Program-made: the position numbers and the translations under genes | The notes under the pieces: model-generated | The model's database searches: none | Told to the model about the DNA's origin: nothing | The model's input: only the letters and a program-made list of their open reading frames with translations | DNA from: Octopus vulgaris | Lineage: Eukaryota | Assembly (NCBI GenBank): GCA_951406725.2 | Contig: OX597829.1 | Span: 1-64,000 of the forward strand | Direction of reading: 5' to 3' | DNA: 64,000 nt | Shown: one piece after another, positions 1-15,003 of the stretch | How the letters are laid out: the number at the start of each line of letters is the position of its first letter | How positions within the stretch are numbered: the first letter of the stretch is position 1

Positions 1-268
1 TATCAGTCTCCTTTACTTAACAACTAAGTTGCAGGGATATATAAACACACCGACACTGGTTGTCAAGTGGGGGACAAACACAAAGTCACATACATACACA
101 CACACACATATACATATACACGCACACACACACACATATATGATAAGTATCTTTCAGTTTCCATTTACCAAATCCACTCACAAGGATTCAATTGGCCCAA
201 AACTATAATAGATGAACCTGTGCAGTAGTTGCCACTTTGGGGGCAGACTCACCAAGGTTCTTCCTTCC

Positions 269-310
<42 letters not shown>

Positions 311-1259
311 TACTGGGAGAAGAAGAAGAAACGAAACGAATTGAATCGAATCGACGCGAAGGCGCTCAGTCATGGAATAGTGTAATAAATAAAATATATG
401 CATACATACATACATATATGTACGTACCTACATCTACATGTATATATCCCATTCATCAGCTGTCCCTAGTTCAACTCCAGCGTGTTTCGAATCATCATTT
501 AACATCTCCTTTCCATGCAAGCATCAGTTGGACAATTTCACCGGAGCTGTTTAGGTACAAAACTGCACTGGGGTCAGGGTCTATTTTGATAAAGTTTTCA
601 CAGCTGGATGCCCTTCCTACACACACACGTATATATAATCACTGCATACTTTTAACCTTTATTGTCTTCTCTCGTGGGAGTGGAGATTTGTTACTTGTGC
701 ACCTGTATTTCATTTCTTTCTGTTCTTCATTGACTGAGGCCACAGTGGGTACTGTTTTTAAATTGACTGAGAATTGTAGGTGTCTACATATTATTTTTGT
801 TTCACATACTTTTCCATTCCAGAAAGGAAAACTGCATGAGATGTTGACATTTGTCATTCTCCCTTGCAGTGTTACACCAATAACATATAAAATATGCTTT
901 ATATTTTTTGTCCATTTTACTCTTCTAGTTGTGGTTCTTTTTCCCTTTTTTTTTTTTCCTGATTCTAATATTTTTCAGGTTCATTCTTGGATTACCTTTG
1001 ATTCAGATTACATCGGATACATGCCTATGGATTGTTTTTTTATGTCTATTGTGGCGCTTATTTTATATACAACTGAAGATGGTGTAAATTGTTTTTTTGT
1101 AAGATATGTATGTATAGTGTGTGTGTTTATATGTGTATATGTATACATATATATGTGGGTCTTTATTTGTATATATATATATATGTGGGTGTTCATGCAC
1201 ATTTATATGAATATATATGTGTGTGTATACGTACATATTTATATGTATATATGTAAGTG

Positions 1260-1311
<52 letters not shown>

Positions 1312-1516
1312 GGTGTTTATGCACATTTATATGAATATATATGTGTGTGTATACGTACATATTTATATGTATATATGTAAGTGTATGTACATATGCATAT
1401 TTACACATATATATTTACACATGTATATATGCTTGAGTGTGTGTTATGTTTGTATATATATATATATACTGTGTGATTATGTGTGTGTGTATAAATATAT
1501 ATTATATAGATATATT

Positions 1517-1550
<34 letters not shown>

Positions 1551-2283
1551 AGTCTGTGTGCATATATAAATGTATATGTATGTATACAGGTGTATAATAT
1601 ATATATATATATATATATGCATATGTTTGTGTGCTTGTTATATGTATATATATATATGTGTGTATATGTTATAGAGTAGATAAATAGACAGATATGCTTC
1701 CTTGTGTACATACATTTTAATAGTACAATTTTCACTACTAAAGTTACATTACATAATTGCATATCACGTACATATATCGTTGAAAATATTATGTTTCACA
1801 TAGCAACACCGCCACCGCCTTCCACCACCATCTCCCTCACCACCAGCAACAACAACATCTTAGCTGTATTCATTTTTTTCTGTTCCTCCATTCCATTTGG
1901 TCTACATGAGATTAACTTTGGTAATTGGAATGATTTCTCTGGGGAGAGCCGTGAATGTTTTTAATCGGTCTGAGAGGTTTATTTATTTGATGTGCGCATG
2001 TGTATACATCTATACATTCATCCATACATGCACACACGCACACACACACACATTTCTATATATACATATGTATATATATATCTGTATGTATGTGTATATA
2101 TTTGTATTTGTATGCACATGTATATAGTTATGAATTTATATGTATATGTAAATAATATGTATATATCTTATATATGTGTGTGTGTGTGTATAGGTATGTG
2201 TGTGTGTTCTTGTATGTGTGTATATATTTATATATATATATATATATGTATTCATGTATGAATGCCATCATGGAAGATGGACA

Positions 2284-2335
<52 letters not shown>

Positions 2336-2351
2336 TACTTGCAGATATATA

Positions 2352-2750
2352 CAGGAGTGGCTGTGTGGTAAGTAGCTTGCATACCAACTGCATGGTTCCG
2401 GCTTCAGTCCCACTGCGTGGCATCTTGGGCAAGTGTCTTCTGCTATAGCCCCGGGCTGACCAATGCCTTGTGAGTGGATTTGGTAGACGGAAACTGAAAG
2501 AAGCCTGTCGTATATATGTATGTATATATAAGTGTGTGTGTATATGTTTATGTGTCTGTGTTTGTCCCCCTAGCATTGCTTGACAACCGATGCTGGTGTG
2601 TTTACGTCACCATCACCTAGTGCTTCGGCAAAAGAGACCGATAGAATAAGTACTGGGCTTACAAAGAATAAGTCCCTGGGTCGATTTGCTCGACTAAAAG
2701 CGGTGCTCCAGCATGGCCGCAGTCAAATGACTGAAACAAGTAAAAGAGAA
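2352..2750 (+). mobile_element. tRNA-derived SINE family A, full-length
   Basis: Head tggctgtgtggtaag..ttcagtccc, internal (TG/TA) tract, tail cagcatggccgcagtcaaatgactgaaacaag. Further copies at about 1-260(-), 10095-10235, 40300-40670(-), 44258-44470 and 47820-48015. Confidence 0.85.
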
Positions 2751-2890
2751 TATATATATATATATATTATCATCATCATCATCGTCATCGTCATCATCAT
2801 CATCATCATCGTTTAACGTCCGTTCTCCATGCTAGCATGGGTTGGACGGTTCGACCGGGGTTCTGGGAAGCCAGAAGGCTGCACCAGGCT

Positions 2891-2908
2891 ATGCATACAT
2901 GCAGATAT

Positions 2909-2951
<43 letters not shown>

Positions 2952-2971
2952 TATATATCTGCATGTATGCA

Positions 2972-3004
<33 letters not shown>

Positions 3005-3017
3005 CTGCATGTATGCA

Positions 3018-3050
<33 letters not shown>

Positions 3051-3097
3051 CTGCATGTATGCATATATATATATATATATGTATATATCTGCATGTA

Positions 3098-3136
<39 letters not shown>

Positions 3137-3336
3137 CTGCATGTATGCATATATATATATATGCATATATATATATATGCATACATGCAGATATATATAT
3201 ATATATATATGCATATATATATATATGCATACATGCAGATATATATATATATATATATATATGCATATATATATATGCATACATGCAGATATATATATAT
3301 ATATATATATATGCATATATATATATGCATACATGC

Positions 3337-3372
<36 letters not shown>
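2891..3372. repeat. Minisatellite atgcatacatgcag(at)n with internal orientation switches
   Basis: Forward unit at 2891, reverse units at about 2955-3150, forward units at about 3177-3345. Confidence 0.85.
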
Positions 3373-3378
<6 letters not shown>

Positions 3379-3879
3379 TACATACATATATGCAATATAC
3401 ATGTGAGTATAATATATGTATGTATTTCTACATATGTATTAGTTTCATTGGGAAGGACACTAAATACTCGTTATTTATTGAATTAAAACATTTATTTTAA
3501 TCTTTTTTTTGGTAAACCTGTCACACTATTTATTTATTATTAATATAATTTTAACCATGGACTCTCTCGTTCTCTCCCTCTTTATTTCGTCTAAAATTTC
3601 TTTGACATGCATTTTGCCATTTTAAAAATTTTACTAGAAAAAAATTAGAAAGAAATTCCAACCAGAATTCATTTCAACTATCTTATATGATTTTTTTTTT
3701 TTTTTGCTATGGGAGGATTATAAAAAATGTATTTAATTTCCTATTGGATAAATTATACATCACTTTATACACCACACTTGTTATTTTAATCTGTGTATGA
3801 GTGCACGTTTACATGATGCAGTCCTGAGATATACTGCTGATGTTAAAGGATCTATCTCTCTATCAATGTGTGTGTGTGC

Positions 3880-3924
<45 letters not shown>

Positions 3925-4044
3925 CATACATACATATATACATACATGTATATATGCATACATACATACATGCATGTATATATACATACATACACACATG
4001 TATGTATATATGTCTCTCTCTCTATATATACATGTATATATATA

Positions 4045-4083
<39 letters not shown>

Positions 4084-4573
4084 GTATATGTATATATGTA
4101 TATATCATCATCATCATCATCATATATATGTATATATGTATATATGTATATATATATGTATATATGTGTATATGTATATATATATATATGTATATATATA
4201 TGTATATATATATATGTATATATATATATGTATATATATGTATATATATATATATGTGTATATATATGTATATATGTATATATATATATATGTATATATG
4301 TATATATGTATATATGTATATATATATGTATGTATATATGTATATATATATGTATATATATATGTATATATATATGTATGAATATATATATGTATATATG
4401 TATATATATATGTATGTATATATGTATATATATATGTATATATATATGTATATATATATGTATATATATATGTATGAATATATATATGAATATATGTATA
4501 TATATGTATATATATGTATATATATATATGTATATATGTATATATATGTATATATATATGTGTGTGTGTATAT

Positions 4574-4666
<93 letters not shown>

Positions 4667-4695
4667 GTGTGTATATATATGTATGTATATATATA

Positions 4696-4750
<55 letters not shown>
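3880..4750. repeat. Compound (TA)/(TATG)/(TG) microsatellite; representative of many similar tracts, e.g. 11520-11920, 16187-16620, 27047-27350, 39735-40200, 50300-50513, 58620-59030
   Basis: Directly visible; source of most [12 protein letters not shown] ORFs. Confidence 0.95.
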
Positions 4751-4754
<4 letters not shown>

Positions 4755-5645
4755 AAGAATGCTCTTCTTAGTGCCAACCACTCCAAGAGTGTAATGGGTG
4801 CTCTTACATGCCGTTTACGTGACGCCAGTATCTCCCATGACTGTGATTTTACTTGGCTCAATGAGTCCTTCTTCTCAAGCAGAACATAATGGCCAAAGGT
4901 CTTGGTCATTGCCTCTGTGAGGACCAGCACTATTAATGAACTCAGCCACTATAAGCTCTGTGAAGCCCAATGCTTGAAAGGAACTCAACCACTTTGCCTG
5001 GACATTAAACGATGATGATGGTGATGAGTTATATAGCTAACTGTATGCCTGTATGTATGTATGTGTGTATGTATGCAGGTGTGTTTGTATTCAAATTACG
5101 GACAATTGTAACTATTTCTAAATAAATGTTAGTAAAGCAGCTATTAAAACATTTACATTTGCTTTTTATTGTGTTCACGTCTTAAATATATTAAAATATT
5201 CCATGGATTATTCCCTGTGTGTGTGTGTTTGTGTGTGTCAGAGTGAGAAAGCGAAAGACAGAATATTTTTTTTTAAGTCTTAGCTTAGGACAAACTACGT
5301 AATTAACTAGATATGTCTGGGCTTGCATAGCGATACATGTCGCATGCATATGTATAGACAAGGACATGTGTGTGCATGCGCACACACACCATTTTCACAA
5401 TGTGGGTGTGGCAGGGGTGGGGGTGAGGTGCATCCAGTAATGCCAGTGTAGCTGAATGGCCGGGAAGTTCAGTTCAGTTCACAGCCATGAGGTTCCTAGT
5501 TCAATTTCACTGCGGGTGGTATTTAGAGCAGGTCAATGGCTTTGGGTGTCATTCCACATCGGAGAAACGTAAACTATACCAACAGCATTTGGTTGGACCA
5601 TACATGCAGGTATAGCCTTCTCTCCTGCTCTCTCCCAAATACTCT

Positions 5646-5685
<40 letters not shown>

Positions 5686-6014
5686 TGCAGTCTCTCTCCC
5701 TCCTCTCTCTATCACACACACACATGTACACACACATTGTGTCATGCTGATTCTTCCTGAGAATTTCCATTCAGTTTACAAACATCTGTGGAGTATTCAA
5801 CCAGTGAAAGATCACCATTGAATCATGGAAACTCATCAACTTTTGTGCTTATGTGTATATATGTGGTGTGCGCATGTGTGTGTATATATATGTGTGTGTG
5901 TGTGTATGTATATATATGTGTGTGTGTGTGTATGTATATATATATATGTGTAAGTGTATATGTATGTAAGAATATATATGTATATATATATGTATCACAT
6001 ATACATACACACAC

Positions 6015-6105
<91 letters not shown>

Positions 6106-6298
6106 AATTTAGAGGACTGACCACTAAAAGTGGACAGCCTGTATGCTAGATATAGACGTCAAAATCGCCATTTTCCACGAAGAATGTGTTCTCAAGAAAA
6201 ATTATGTACAACATACAAAAAATCTTCGGATTTAAAAAAAAAATATGCTAGGCCACTGGTTTTAATTGATTAATATCAATTTCTACCCTTATTTAATT

Positions 6299-6380
<82 letters not shown>

Positions 6381-6696
6381 CGTGTGTATATATGTGTACG
6401 TGTGTGTGTTGTACATATTTGCAAGTATGTATGTGTGCTCCCACTCATGTACGGAGTACAGATTTTTTGACAGGTCTGTCAGTTGAACAATTGATACCTT
6501 GCATATAATTTACCCTATCGCTATCTACTGGAATGTGTGTGCCTGTGTGTGTGTGCATATTTGCATGTATCTGTTGTATGCTATTAATCCTTGAGTCACT
6601 ACTTCTCTTTTTCTTGTGTCGCTTGTTCACACACACACACATACATACACATTCTGCTTCTCTCTTTCTTTTCTATTTTAATTACCATATCAATAC

Positions 6697-6751
<55 letters not shown>

Positions 6752-7454
6752 CCATCATCAACATCACATAATCTGCAAGTGTGTGTGTGTGTGTTTTCAT
6801 TTCTTCTTTCAGATGACAGAAATGAAATGACACAGTTATCTTTCCTTCCAGTCTTTACATAAACAGAAAACAAAAATAAAAAACAGAAAACAGCCAAAAA
6901 TATGTGTGAAGATCCCTTAACTTCTCTGTCTCCTCTAACTCCTCCTCCTCTCTTTCCTCTCATTCTCCTTCCCTTTTCCAAACTCTCTCTCTCTCCCTCC
7001 TCCTCTCTCTCTCTTATCTAAAGTTGCTCAGTTGAGATTAACCCCCTTAATTAACATCAAGTTTACAATAATTGCCCTGTCAAAGCCAGATGACAGCCAG
7101 TTATTCTGGTTTGCATCCCTTTAAATAGCATTTAAAGAGAAACTACTACTACTACTGCCACTACAGCTACTGCTGCTGCTGCCACTACTACTACTATAAA
7201 TAATAATAATAATAATAATGATGATGATGATAATAACAGTAAAGGTAGTTAATAATAAATATACCAACTTTATTATTATTATTAATATTATTATTATTAA
7301 TATTATTATTATTATTATTATTACTATTACTATTATTACTATTATTATTATTATTATTATTATTAATAATATTATTATTATTAATATTATTATTATTAAT
7401 ATTATTATTATTAATATTATTATTATTAATATTATTATTATTATTATTATTATT

Positions 7455-8150
7455 ATTTGTGGGTAGAAATATTAATAAGATGTTAAGTTGGATAGTGAAA
7501 AATTTCATGAATGAAAAAAAGGATTCATATAACTAGCTGGAAAGAGAAAGAATATATGGCCAATTCAATAGAGAAGGGGCAAAAGAAAAAAGTGGGAGGG
7601 AGGGAGGGGTGGAGAGTTGGAAATGAAGAGCACTGCTTGTGGCTGAAAAACAGAAACTTGAAAATAGACACTGAATTGTTAATTTTAGCTGCTCAGCAAG
7701 ATACCATTAGAATGAATTTTTTGATAACTACAGTAATTTATAAGACTTAGTAAGACAGCAACCATAGAATATATGGAAAAGGAAGTTAAAGTATTAACCT
7801 TCTTCTAAGAGAGTGCAGTGTGCTAGCACAAGGAGAGTATAAATACCAGCATATGACTGTGTTTGTTAAGAGGATGCTTCAGGATCTTAGCAAAATTTAT
7901 GGATTTGTAATGGTACACATGTGGTATGAACATGAATCAGAGGTTGTGATGGTGAATAATAACCATAACATAGTTTTATGGGATTTCTCTATAAAGTTGA
8001 CTACAGTATTGATACCAGAAGACCAAATATAGATATGTTGGAAGACAAGAGTGAAAACTCTTCCTGTAGAAATTGTCGCTCTCAGCTGTGATGCCTAAAC
8101 TGATACTTAGGGGCTAAACGATACTGGAATTGAGACAGTGTGCATATTAA
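7455..8150 (+). pseudogene. Degenerate R4/Dong-like retrotransposon fragment
   Basis: Broken frames give WLKNRNLKIDTELLILAAQQD, ECSVLAQGEYK and WYEHESEVV..VLWDFSI, collinear with the 36.6-38.5 kb ORF. Starts next to a long (ATT)n-type array (7200-7458). Confidence 0.75.
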
Positions 8151-9322
8151 TGTTTTTTGATGTCCATCTTCCATGTTGGCATTCGTACATGCATATATAT
8201 ATATATATATATATATATCCAGAGATGTGCTATCCTGCATTCTGCAAACAACTAAGCATCTGTACATCACAAGTACATCAAGGAAGTGAAAGTATTAACC
8301 TTCTAAGTGAGTGCAGTGTGCTAGCACAAGGAGAGTATAAATACCAGCATATGACTGTGTTTGTTAAGAGGATGCTTCAGGATCTTAGCAAAGAGAATTT
8401 CGTGAAAGATAATGGGGATTGTCCATGTATGTATGAGAATCTCACATTTCCACACTACCTCAGTTGTTTACGATAAAGGATTTTCTTTAAAGCCAATGCC
8501 ACTTGGTAGCACTATCGTTGCAGGTGTTGTCAAAGAACACCAAAAAGCCAGATCAGATGCTGTAAAGAATTTTTGTGTAATACTTTTTCCCTACCCTGGT
8601 AGTAACAAAAGAGAGAGAGAGAGAGAGAAAAGTTAAACAAAAAAAGAACAAAAAGAATCATGGCAGTTTTGTTGTTTGTTTTAGGTGTGACGCTCAAGAA
8701 ATTCTTTCTTTCTCCATTTCTCCGTTCTTTCTCTCTCTCATTGTTTATTTTTATTCTTTTAAAAATAATGAAATTGTTGGAATTATTTTCTTTATGAACT
8801 CAATGGGATTTGGTTTTAAATTTCCACCTCCTCCACCTCCTCCTCCTATATATATATATATATGTGTGTATATATCTATGTAAAGACACACATGAAGGAA
8901 AGACACTCTCATATGTATAGTATGCAATGCATACACATATGTATGTATGTGTGTGTGTGTAAGGTTGTATGCAATCTATGTATGTGTGTTGACCACATTG
9001 GGTTTTGTTAGTGTTGTCATCATCATCATCATTTAACATCCGCTTTCCATGCTGGCATGGGTTGGACGATTTGACTGAGGACTGGTGAGCCAGCTAGCTG
9101 CACCAGGCTCCAATCTTAATCTGGCAGAGTTTCTACAGCTGGATGCCCTTCCTAACGCCAACCACTCCAAGAGTGTAGTGGGTGCTTTTACGTACCACTG
9201 GCTCAAGGGCCAGTCATGCGGTACTATTAGTTTGAAAATAATGAAGAGCTTAATAAAATAATTTTGTTATAATTCAGTTGGTGTTTGGAACAGAAAGCAG
9301 CATTAAAACCAAGAAGGTTGTG

Positions 9323-9945
9323 TCTTAGTTAGTTAGTTAATTAATTTTTTGGCTCAAAAGCAAAAAACAAGGCCATGTAGGGGGACATGAAGTTATGTAC
9401 AGGGTGGTGTTCATGTAAAGAGTTCAGGCCACTTGAGGTCAAGGGAGGCTTTGAACAAAGCGGTCGGCGGCATCTTCACCATCTTGTCTGGCAGCTTGTT
9501 CCACGGATCCGCAACCCGGACGGAGAAAGCCCCTCTCCTTCGATTGAGATGAAATCGTCGCAGGTAGAGCTTTTCGGAATGACCCCGCAGCCGACGCTCT
9601 GGAGCAGGAGTGAAGAACAGCTCTTTCGAGAAGTTACACTTTCCGCTTATGATGTTGTGGGCAAGAATGAGATCACCACGGCGTCATCGTTTTTCTAGAG
9701 AATAAAGGTCGAGCGTCTTCAGCCTTTCTTTATAAGAAAAATTCTTGAGACCATGAACCATGCGGGTAGCCAGCTTCTGGACTCTTTCGAGATGCTGTAT
9801 GTCTTTGAGGAGATAAGGAGAAGAGGCTTGAATCCCGTACTCCAATATGGGTCTCACCAGCGTGACATAGATCGGTAGGAATATGGCTGCTGTGAGCATT
9901 CCGAATGACAGTCGAATCAAGAACAGAATTCCACGTGCTTAGGAC
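9323..9945 (-). mobile_element. CR1-clade LINE 3' fragment
   Basis: LVRPILEYG..LERVQKLATRMV.GL..SYKERLK.LDLYSLEKR*RRGDLI..RGH..FSVRV..WNKLP, with one in-frame TGA. Short (TAAC)n tail near 9326-9340. Confidence 0.85.
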
Positions 9946-10268
9946 CAGAAACAGTCCTAGGCATGTTGGTATCATTATAGTTACAATTGTTATCCATGTT
10001 TGTGTTGTTGGGGGTCAGGGTGGAATTTAGCCGAATCCACTCCACCCAGGGGTGTCTATTGCACATATAATTCTATATTCTGAATGTACAGACGTGGGTG
10101 GGTGGTGGGGAGTTTACTTCCCAGCTACATAGTTCCAGGTTCAGTCCTATTGCATGGCACCTTAGACAAATGTCTTCTAAGCACCAGACCAACCAAAGTC
10201 CTGTGTGTGGTTTTGATAAGCAGAAACTGAAATTGGTGTGTGTGTGTGTGTGCGCATGTATATGTATG

Positions 10269-10317
<49 letters not shown>

Positions 10318-10319
<2 letters not shown>

Positions 10320-10599
10320 TTATATTATATAGAGGGAATTATTACACATAAATGCCACATGCTAGGAGGGACTTTCAAAGTCATTACTACCAAAAATAAA
10401 CGAATTGTACTGAATGCAGCTCTCAAAGCAAAACATTTAAAAACAGAATTTATTTCCAGATCACCTGTGATTTCACAATTAACGTATTATCTACGTCTTT
10501 TGTTCAGTACGATTCGTTTATTTTTGGTAGTAATGACTTTGAAAGTCCCTCCTAGCGTGTGGCATTTATGTGTAATAATGCCCTCTATATAATATAAAT
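10318..10599. repeat. 97-bp inverted repeat next to (TA)n
   Basis: Arms 10318-10414 and 10503-10599, 3 mismatches. Confidence 0.9.
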
Positions 10600-11588
10600 A
10601 AATATTTTCAAGTGAAAAAATTTTCAGATTTTTTCTCTTATGTGGTTTTTCATGCTAACTACCTGATAATTTCTTGTTAAGATTTTATCCTTAATTGTTA
10701 TATATATATACATATATATAAGTATATAGTTCTACATGCAGTTATTTGTATTCATTTCTTTATGGTAGTATAATGTCGATGAATGCATTATGCTGGTGGA
10801 GATGTTATGATGGTAGGAGTGGTGGTGGTGGTGGTGGTGATGATGATGGCGATGACGATGATGATGGAAGTAGTGTGGTAGTGTGGGTAGTGGTGATGAT
10901 GGTGGTGGTGTCCCTAAGTAGCCATGCCAAATGTTATATACTCTCCTAGGCATCCTGTCAAATAAATCTTTGAGCTTAAAACATGTTTGTGATGTGCAGT
11001 GAACATCCTTTCGTAGAATCTTCAGAAATATTCCATCTTGATGCAGCAGCATCGATTTTTTGGTTCTCTTTCTTTTTTTCTTTTTTTTTTTCCAGTTAAC
11101 GGTGTCTTCTTGTTGGAATTGTGCATCTGTGTGCAATCACTAGCTTGCTTTCTCTGTATATGGATTTGCAAGTGATGTTTTATATGCCATTTCTGCAGTT
11201 TGTAGGATGGGTGTGCATGTGCACACGTGTGTATATGTGTAGGTGTGTAAAAGTCTGTAGTATTGTATGTACAAGATCTCATATTGTACATAATGTACAT
11301 TGTCTATTTTTATTCACCTGTCCACTAATTGATAGTATATGTATATACATATGCACATATATGCTCATGTCAAATATATATATATATTTGTACTTATATG
11401 TGCATGCATATATGAATATGTTGGTGTATTAATATATATCTGTGTATATACATACATAAATATATATACCACGCATGTGTATGTATATATATATGTATTT
11501 ACATTAGATATATACATGCATATATGTATATATTTGTGCGTATGTGTGTGCATGTATATATATATATATACACACACATATATATATA

Positions 11589-11619
<31 letters not shown>

Positions 11620-11713
11620 ACACATACATATATATATATATATATATACATACACATACATATATATATATACATATATATATATACATACATATACATA
11701 TATATTTATATAT

Positions 11714-11756
<43 letters not shown>

Positions 11757-12412
11757 TATTTATATATATATATACACATACATACATATATATATATATG
11801 TATATACACACATACATACATATATATATATATACATATATATATACACATACATATATATATATATATACATACATATATATATATATATACACATACA
11901 TATAATATATATATATATACTTAGATGCACAAATACATGATGTCTGTATAAAAATATATGTATATTGTTGGCATGTGGGTGTTTGTGTATACTCGTGTGT
12001 TGTGCATTTTTGTTTCTGTTGAATGCAATAAGCTAAGTGTACTAAACTCCTGTGTTTATCCAATTGCATTATACACAGGAAGAACAAATTGACAGACATA
12101 CTAGACACGCAACAACCACAAGCAAAAACACATTATTAACAAAGTCAACAAAATCTTGTATATCGATATTGAAAGGAAAGCTTTCGTTTCCTCTCTACTC
12201 TCTGTCACCCTCATCCCTGCACACTCTACCTCTCTCTGTCTGTCTGTTTGTCTTTCTGTCTGTCTCCCTCCCCCTCTCTTTCTCTCTCTTTCTCCCATTT
12301 ACAGGCACACTTATATATTTGCATGTATGTTTGCGTATACATAATAGATTTATATATTTGTTTACAGGTTCATCTCCTCCTCCCTTGTCTCTCAAACAGT
12401 TCTAGAAATGCA

Positions 12413-12459
<47 letters not shown>

Positions 12460-12861
12460 CATATATTTACGTGTGTGTGTGGGGGGGGGGAGTTTATGTG
12501 TGCATTTATATGTATATATTTACACACACATATATATATGTGAATATACAGGGATATTTATTTCTTTACACATTCGCCTCTCTCTCTCTCTCTCCCTTTC
12601 TCTCGTTCTTTCTCATTGTGTGTGTGTGTGTATGTGTGTGTTACTCTGTTGTTTTCGTCTGTGTGAAAACCTGTTTCTTTCTGTTTGTGTCTCAGTCTTG
12701 CTGTTTATGTTACACATTTTTCAAGTCCAAACCCCAGTCCAAACCCCTCAGTGGTTTGGAAGGTAGGGATCAGTTATAATAATTATGAATTCGTTAGAGT
12801 TACTTGATCTCTTCAAGGGACATTACCACACACACACACAGTCATATGTACATAAATTTGA

Positions 12862-12904
<43 letters not shown>

Positions 12905-12949
12905 CATATATATATATATGTATGTGTGTGTGTGTGTGTGTGTGTATGC

Positions 12950-12998
<49 letters not shown>

Positions 12999-13591
12999 TG
13001 TATGTATGTATCGGCATGTGTGTATTTGCAGATATGTGTATGTGTGTGTATATATAGATATATCCATAAATGCATACACATACACACATGCACACACATA
13101 TATATATGTACACACACATGCATACATATGTATATACACACGTGTGTTTATTTGCAAATGCATGTAGTTGATAAGATATATATATATATATGTATGTATA
13201 CACATAGTATGCATTTATCTGCAAATGCACACACACACATGCATACATGTATATATGTGTACACAGGTATATATATATATGTATATTCAATTATTTTCAT
13301 ATATATATGATGATATATGAATATAATTGCATATACACATCCATACATACAAAACTATGTATGCATATTTATATGCTTACAACACACACACAATAATAAT
13401 AATAATAATACCCATATACATTAAATATTCCAAGCCATACTTAGATGAAGTTCTTTCAGTGACATATTCCAGTGATGTACATCAAAGTATTTCTCAAGAT
13501 ATTGTCTATGGTTCTTTATTCTCATGTTTTACCATTTTTATTCCACTTCTTCTCCCTCTACTATTGTTGTTTTCTGTATTTTCATAATATA

Positions 13592-13991
13592 CTAGCAGTA
13601 TCGCCTGGCGTTGCTCGGGTTTGTAAGGGAAATAACAATATAAGCATTTTTAGAGAGTTTTAGCCAAAAAAATAGCAAAAAAATGCATTAAAAATGGGGA
13701 AAAAATTATGGTAAATTTTTTTTTAAATCGTTGACTCATCGTAGACATTTTTAGAGAGTTACTTCCCTTATATAATAGCGAAAAAAATGCATTAAAATGG
13801 AAAAAAATGATGGTAAATTTTTTTTTAAATCGTAGACTCATCGTAGACGTGCGCTAATACCCAGAAGGGCTCGATATGAATCACGACTATAAGATACCCG
13901 GTTTTGGTTAAACTGCACCGCAAAATGTGGGAGTAGTTAGGAATCTAAATCGTAGGAGACAGACACACAACTTCACTTTTATATATAAAGA
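13592..13991 (-). mobile_element. Non-autonomous Helitron
   Basis: Minus strand begins A|TCTTTATATATAAAAG and ends with GC-rich hairpin-like cccgagcaacgccagg + CTAG|T. No TSD. Internal ~100-bp tandem duplication (13645-13848). Confidence 0.8.
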
Positions 13992-14582
13992 TTATTTCAG
14001 CCAAACTTCTGGAATAAAAGAGAAATATAGGGTTGGGAAGAAATGAAGAATAAAGGGGAGAAGAAAAGAAATACTCTTTTTTTTTTTTTTTTTAAATAAA
14101 AAGGAAGAAAAATTCAGCTAATTCAGACAATGCAATTATATTTTTAGTTATTTTTCTTAAAATTATATGTTTTAAAATTTTCCTTTATTATTTTTTTTTT
14201 GAAGAAACTCAATCCAAATAAAAGGTTTTTAACTGCTCTTTCCTGAGGATTTTTTTAACCACCACCATCACCACCGTCACATCATGATGGTGATGACTAG
14301 AACAATTGTCATCACCACTACTGCTTTGTCATTGTTTTTCTTATTTCGTGGGTGGACTCAGAGAGAAATTATCTGGCTTTTTAAGATTAAAGTACCAGTC
14401 AAATATCTTGGAGTCAGCAGTATTGACTAACTTCCTCTTCAAAATTAAATGGTCTTTATTTAAGTTTGATTTCCATTCCACCATTTCTGAATTCTTGTTG
14501 ACATCAGTTTTTAAAATTCATTTTTAAAATCTATATTCATTTATTTATTTATTTATTTATATGTATCTTTCTTTATTTTCAG

Positions 14583-14663
14583 GTCCTGGTGGTCACGCCC
14601 CCTACAATCCAGAATCTGGTATGGGATACATAGATAATAATCAGATGTCTATGAGACCCCACA
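14583..14663 (+). CDS. Meis: Meis/homothorax-family TALE homeobox gene, penultimate coding exon (post-homeodomain)
   Basis: Acceptor ctttattttcAG, donor GTGAGT, 81 nt, phase 1/1. Translates (G)PGGHAPYNPESGMGYIDNNQMSMRPH, resembling the vertebrate Meis segment after the homeodomain (..[23 protein letters not shown]..). Splices in frame to 15577. Confidence 0.85.
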
Positions 14664-14714
14664 GTGAGTTGTTTCTTTGTTTGATTTGACTTTTGATTAA
14701 TAATTTACAGGCAA

Positions 14715-14754
<40 letters not shown>

Positions 14755-14772
14755 TATATTTATTATTTATTA

Positions 14773-14811
<39 letters not shown>

Positions 14812-14825
14812 TATATTTATTATTT

Positions 14826-14856
<31 letters not shown>

Positions 14857-14966
14857 TTATTATTATCATTATTATTATTATCATTATTATCAGTATCATT
14901 ATTATCAGTATCATCATCATTATTATCATTATTATTATTTATATTTATAACTTAATATTATTATTA

Positions 14967-15003
<37 letters not shown>

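Noticed and set aside
2891-3372. CRISPR-like repeat-spacer array
   Set aside because: The spacers are just (TA)n; eukaryotic context, no cas genes.
203-6120. Long ORFs rich in [12 protein letters not shown] (e.g. 418-1380, 3840-4889) and similar ones throughout the window
   Set aside because: Dinucleotide microsatellites lack stops in several frames; no domain content.
6813-6862. Possible alternative terminal Meis exon after tttcttctttcAG (DDRNEMTQLSFLPVFT*)
   Set aside because: The acceptor-like sequence is the only evidence; no similarity to known Meis segments.
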